A stretch of 64,000 bases of DNA. It comes from Candidatus Poribacteria bacterium (GTDB lineage Bacteria; Poribacteria; WGA-4E; JAJDTR01). The DNA is taken from the NCBI GenBank assembly GCA_965222225.1, contig CBDCTK010000002.1, positions 4,992,001-5,056,000 of the forward strand, written 5' to 3'. The notes beneath the pieces were generated by a model. It ran no database searches, had not been told where the DNA came from, and saw only the letters and a program-made list of their open reading frames with translations. Positions 61,686 to 64,000 of this stretch are shown here, one piece after another (position 1 is the first letter of the stretch; each line of letters begins with the position of its first letter). The position numbers and the translations under genes were made by a program.

Positions 61686-62687
61686 ATGTATAGCGCTTCA
61701 TTAAACGCAGTTGTCCTAACTTTAGCTACGTTCGTGTTACTTACTGTGCATGCATATTCGGAGGAGGAGTTTATGAAGGAATTCAAATCAATGCAGGTTG
61801 GCATGGTAGCACCAGACTTCACGCTAATGGATGACGATGGTGTTGAACGCAACCTGTCCGATTATCTCGGTAGCAAGAACGTCATATTGGCGTTTTATCC
61901 CAAGGATTTTACCGGTGGCTGAACAACGGAGTTGCGCTCGCTCCGGGATGAGTTGAGCCGCATTGAAGCTACTGACACCGTGGTGTTTGGCATTAGCGTT
62001 GATGGCGTACAATCGCATAAAAAATTCCAAAAGGCTGAGAAGTTTGGTTTTTCGCTGCTTGCAGACACTGAATTTGCGGTCAGCAAAATTTATAGTGGGA
62101 TAATGGAACGATTCAACGCCTCTAATCGCGTTACGTTCATTATCGACAAAGCCGGATATATCAGAGTCATCGATGAGAACGTAGACGTTGCGAATCATGG
62201 CGTAAATGTCGTCAAGTTCATTGAGGAAAATGTGTCTAGCGAACTGGAGATCGGGCACCCTTCACCAGACTTTATCGCCGCCGACCAAGATGGCGCAATA
62301 CATCAACTCAGTCAGTTCAAAGGGAAACAGAGCGTGGTGTTAGCGTTTTATCCGAAGGATTTTACCGGCGGCTGAACGGCAGAGGTTTGCTCGCTCCGGG
62401 ATGAGTCGAGCGTTTTTACTGTGCATGATGCCCAGATTTTCGGTATCAGTGTCCAGGATGCCGAGTCGCACAAGAAATTCGTGCAAGAGCATAGCCTGAA
62501 TTTCCCACTACTTGTGGACACGGGGCGTAACCTGAGCTTGCTTTTCGGCGCTGCCGATAGTCCAAGCGACCTGAGCAAGCGCATTACGATTGTTGTTGAC
62601 AAAGCAGGAAAGATTTCCAAGATTGACACCAATGTCAATGCGAGAACGCACGGAAAGGATCTGGGTGATTTCTTCGGGGGAATGTAG
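61686..62687 (+). CDS. Tandem two-domain BCP/PrxQ-type peroxiredoxin with two predicted selenocysteines and a signal peptide
   Basis: Three consecutive ORFs share one frame; FYPKDFTGG*TTE (TGA 61920-61922) and FYPKDFTGG*TAEVC (TGA 62373-62375) place TGA at the PxxxTxxC peroxidatic position. Confidence 0.88.
61933..61962 (+). promoter_or_regulatory. Putative SECIS element 1
   Basis: CTCG-CTC-[CGGGAT]-GAG-T-TGAG hairpin; loop 21 nt after TGA. Confidence 0.7.
62388..62412 (+). promoter_or_regulatory. Putative SECIS element 2
   Basis: GCTCG-CTC-[CGGGAT]-GAG-T-CGAGC hairpin; loop 21 nt after TGA. Confidence 0.7.
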
Positions 62688-63003
62688 CACTTGCCTAAAG
62701 GTAAATGTGGGAGATAGGATTACTTGCCGTTGACTTCGCTTTGATCTCTAAAACGGAAGGTTTTGATGACAGCCGCAAGCACGAGATTCCAACGGGCATC
62801 AGCCGGGACAATAGCGTTAATTATCTTTGTTATCATGTTGGTGGCACTAATGTTCGGGAGCGGTTTCGCAAATTGAGTTTCTGCGGAAAACCCCCCTCTA
62901 TTTGCGAAAGAATTGCCTGAAATGGGAGTTGAAACGAGACAAATGAAGGTATTCTGTTTCAGAGTCAAATCACGGAATGTAGATGCCAAGCGATCTTAGA
63001 TCG

Positions 63004-63040
63004 GTTGCAGCCTATGCCCCGATGAAAAGGGGACTGAAAG
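63004..63040 (+). CRISPR. Solitary CRISPR-like repeat (no array in the window)
   Basis: GTTGCAGCCTATGCCCCGATGAAAAGGGGACTGAAAG: 37 nt, GTT...GAAAG ends, CCCC/GGGG hairpin; leader-like inverted repeat upstream. Confidence 0.55.
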
Positions 63041-63150
63041 TCTATCACCAACAGGGCAAACCCCAGTTGCCTGTTCATTTGAGTGCCACGGTCGATTGTC
63101 AATTCTTCTGCGGAAGGTATAATGAATCAACTTTTTCTATGGAGGGAATA

Positions 63151-63426
63151 ATGAACGAACATAAAGTGGTGTGTCGACAATTGATAATTGAAGATGAGAA
63201 TGGCGAAGGAAAGATTTTCATGTCAACGGACAATGCCAAAAATCCCACATTTCAAATGTCGGGAGATTCTGGTAATGTTCATATAAACTTCACGACAGAC
63301 GGAGTGACTCTTAGCCTATCAGACAAGCAAGGACAAGAAAAAGCCACCCTTTATGTAAAGGATGGCGAGGGATGGTGTAGGTTTCTTAGGTCAGATGGAA
63401 GTGAAATACAATGGTGGACAGTTTAG
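63151..63426 (+). CDS. Hypothetical protein
   Basis: TTGTCA-16 bp-TATAAT promoter (63096-63123), GGAGG RBS, 91-aa ORF. Confidence 0.6.
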   Translation: MNEHKVVCRQLIIEDENGEGKIFMSTDNAKNPTFQMSGDSGNVHINFTTDGVTLSLSDKQGQEKATLYVKDGEGWCRFLRSDGSEIQWWTV

Positions 63427-63541
63427 GAGACTTTCTGGCTTTCATCTCAGCATGACGCTTGTCTATCTGCTTCTGCACATGGCCCTTTTCTCTTAACTCA
63501 ATCACAGCCTACAGTATACTGAACACCATTGGAGGTCTATC

Positions 63542-63997
63542 ATGGCTGACGTACTCACCCGGCTATTCCAACAGGTAGAACCGGAACACACCGAACCGAA
63601 ACAGATAGTGGAACAAATAGCACAACTCGAAACATCTGAACTCGCTGATGCCTTCCTAATCGCCCTGCAACACTGCGAGGGAATCTATCCTTCCCAGATT
63701 ATAAACGCCGAAGCCGTACTATTGGAACTCGGCTACGACTCTCGCACGTATCCCTCCTCTCCGTCTCCAATAAGCGATTCCGATGGCGACACACTTCTCA
63801 TCGCGCTAATGGCGGCGTGGCAGTGGCTCATACGCGAGATTTACCTTGTTCCACGCCCCGATCATCTTTTTAGCGGCACACTGGCGGGCCCGGGCGAAAA
63901 ACCTCACTTCATCACCCAACGCGGCCGCAACCGCATCGCCGAGCTTGTCAAGATGAGTGTATCCTCAGATTATCACAACCTGATTAAAGAGAGGTGA
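63542..63997 (+). CDS. Hypothetical protein
   Basis: GGAGG RBS, 151-aa ORF. Confidence 0.6.
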   Translation: MADVLTRLFQQVEPEHTEPKQIVEQIAQLETSELADAFLIALQHCEGIYPSQIINAEAVLLELGYDSRTYPSSPSPISDSDGDTLLIALMAAWQWLIREIYLVPRPDHLFSGTLAGPGEKPHFITQRGRNRIAELVKMSVSSDYHNLIKER

Positions 63998-64000
63998 GAT

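Noticed and set aside
9009-62687. Genome-wide TGA reassignment (genetic code 4 or 25)
   Set aside because: TGA ends many genes at their expected C-termini (fabV, A2M, C25 protein, HEAT paralogues); three of the four notable internal TGAs fall exactly on catalytic Cys positions, which fits Sec rather than Trp/Gly
62983-63150. N-terminal extension of ORF 62983-63426
   Set aside because: It runs through the CRISPR-like repeat; a promoter and RBS support the ATG at 63151

Overview
Bacterial chromosomal window, probably Candidatus Poribacteria or a relative (inference from the N[YF]PNPFNPETWIPY-type C-terminal domains on large secreted proteins). Left to right: a decaying defence/TA island (type III mod pseudogene, HEPN proteins, MNT-HEPN pair, IS200-like remnant, MITEs) beyond the 3' end of tRNA-Leu(CAA); Rid and fabV; a bacterial alpha-2-macroglobulin with three secreted HEAT-repeat paralogues; housekeeping genes (HMT, MFS, macrodomain, ddl, DUF58); eight tRNAs in all; tig-clpP-clpX-lon; three very large secreted proteins (metallopeptidase-LVIVD, lyase-like/FGE, C25/PorU-like); ABC transporter with DUF1854; Rieske proteins; yvcK, glmM, GNAT, lipid kinase; and a tandem peroxiredoxin. 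Main discoveries: (1) the alpha-2-macroglobulin has an in-frame TGA exactly at the thioester Cys (YPYG-U-VEQ) followed by a SECIS-like hairpin, so it is a candidate selenoester protease trap; (2) a two-domain peroxiredoxin has TGA at both peroxidatic positions, each followed by a near-identical hairpin; (3) a 37-38 nt dispersed micro-element has strictly covarying base pairs and inserts into REP loops and into itself. There is also a 6S-like RNA candidate and a solitary CRISPR-like repeat with a leader-like region. All family calls come from motif recognition, not database searches.
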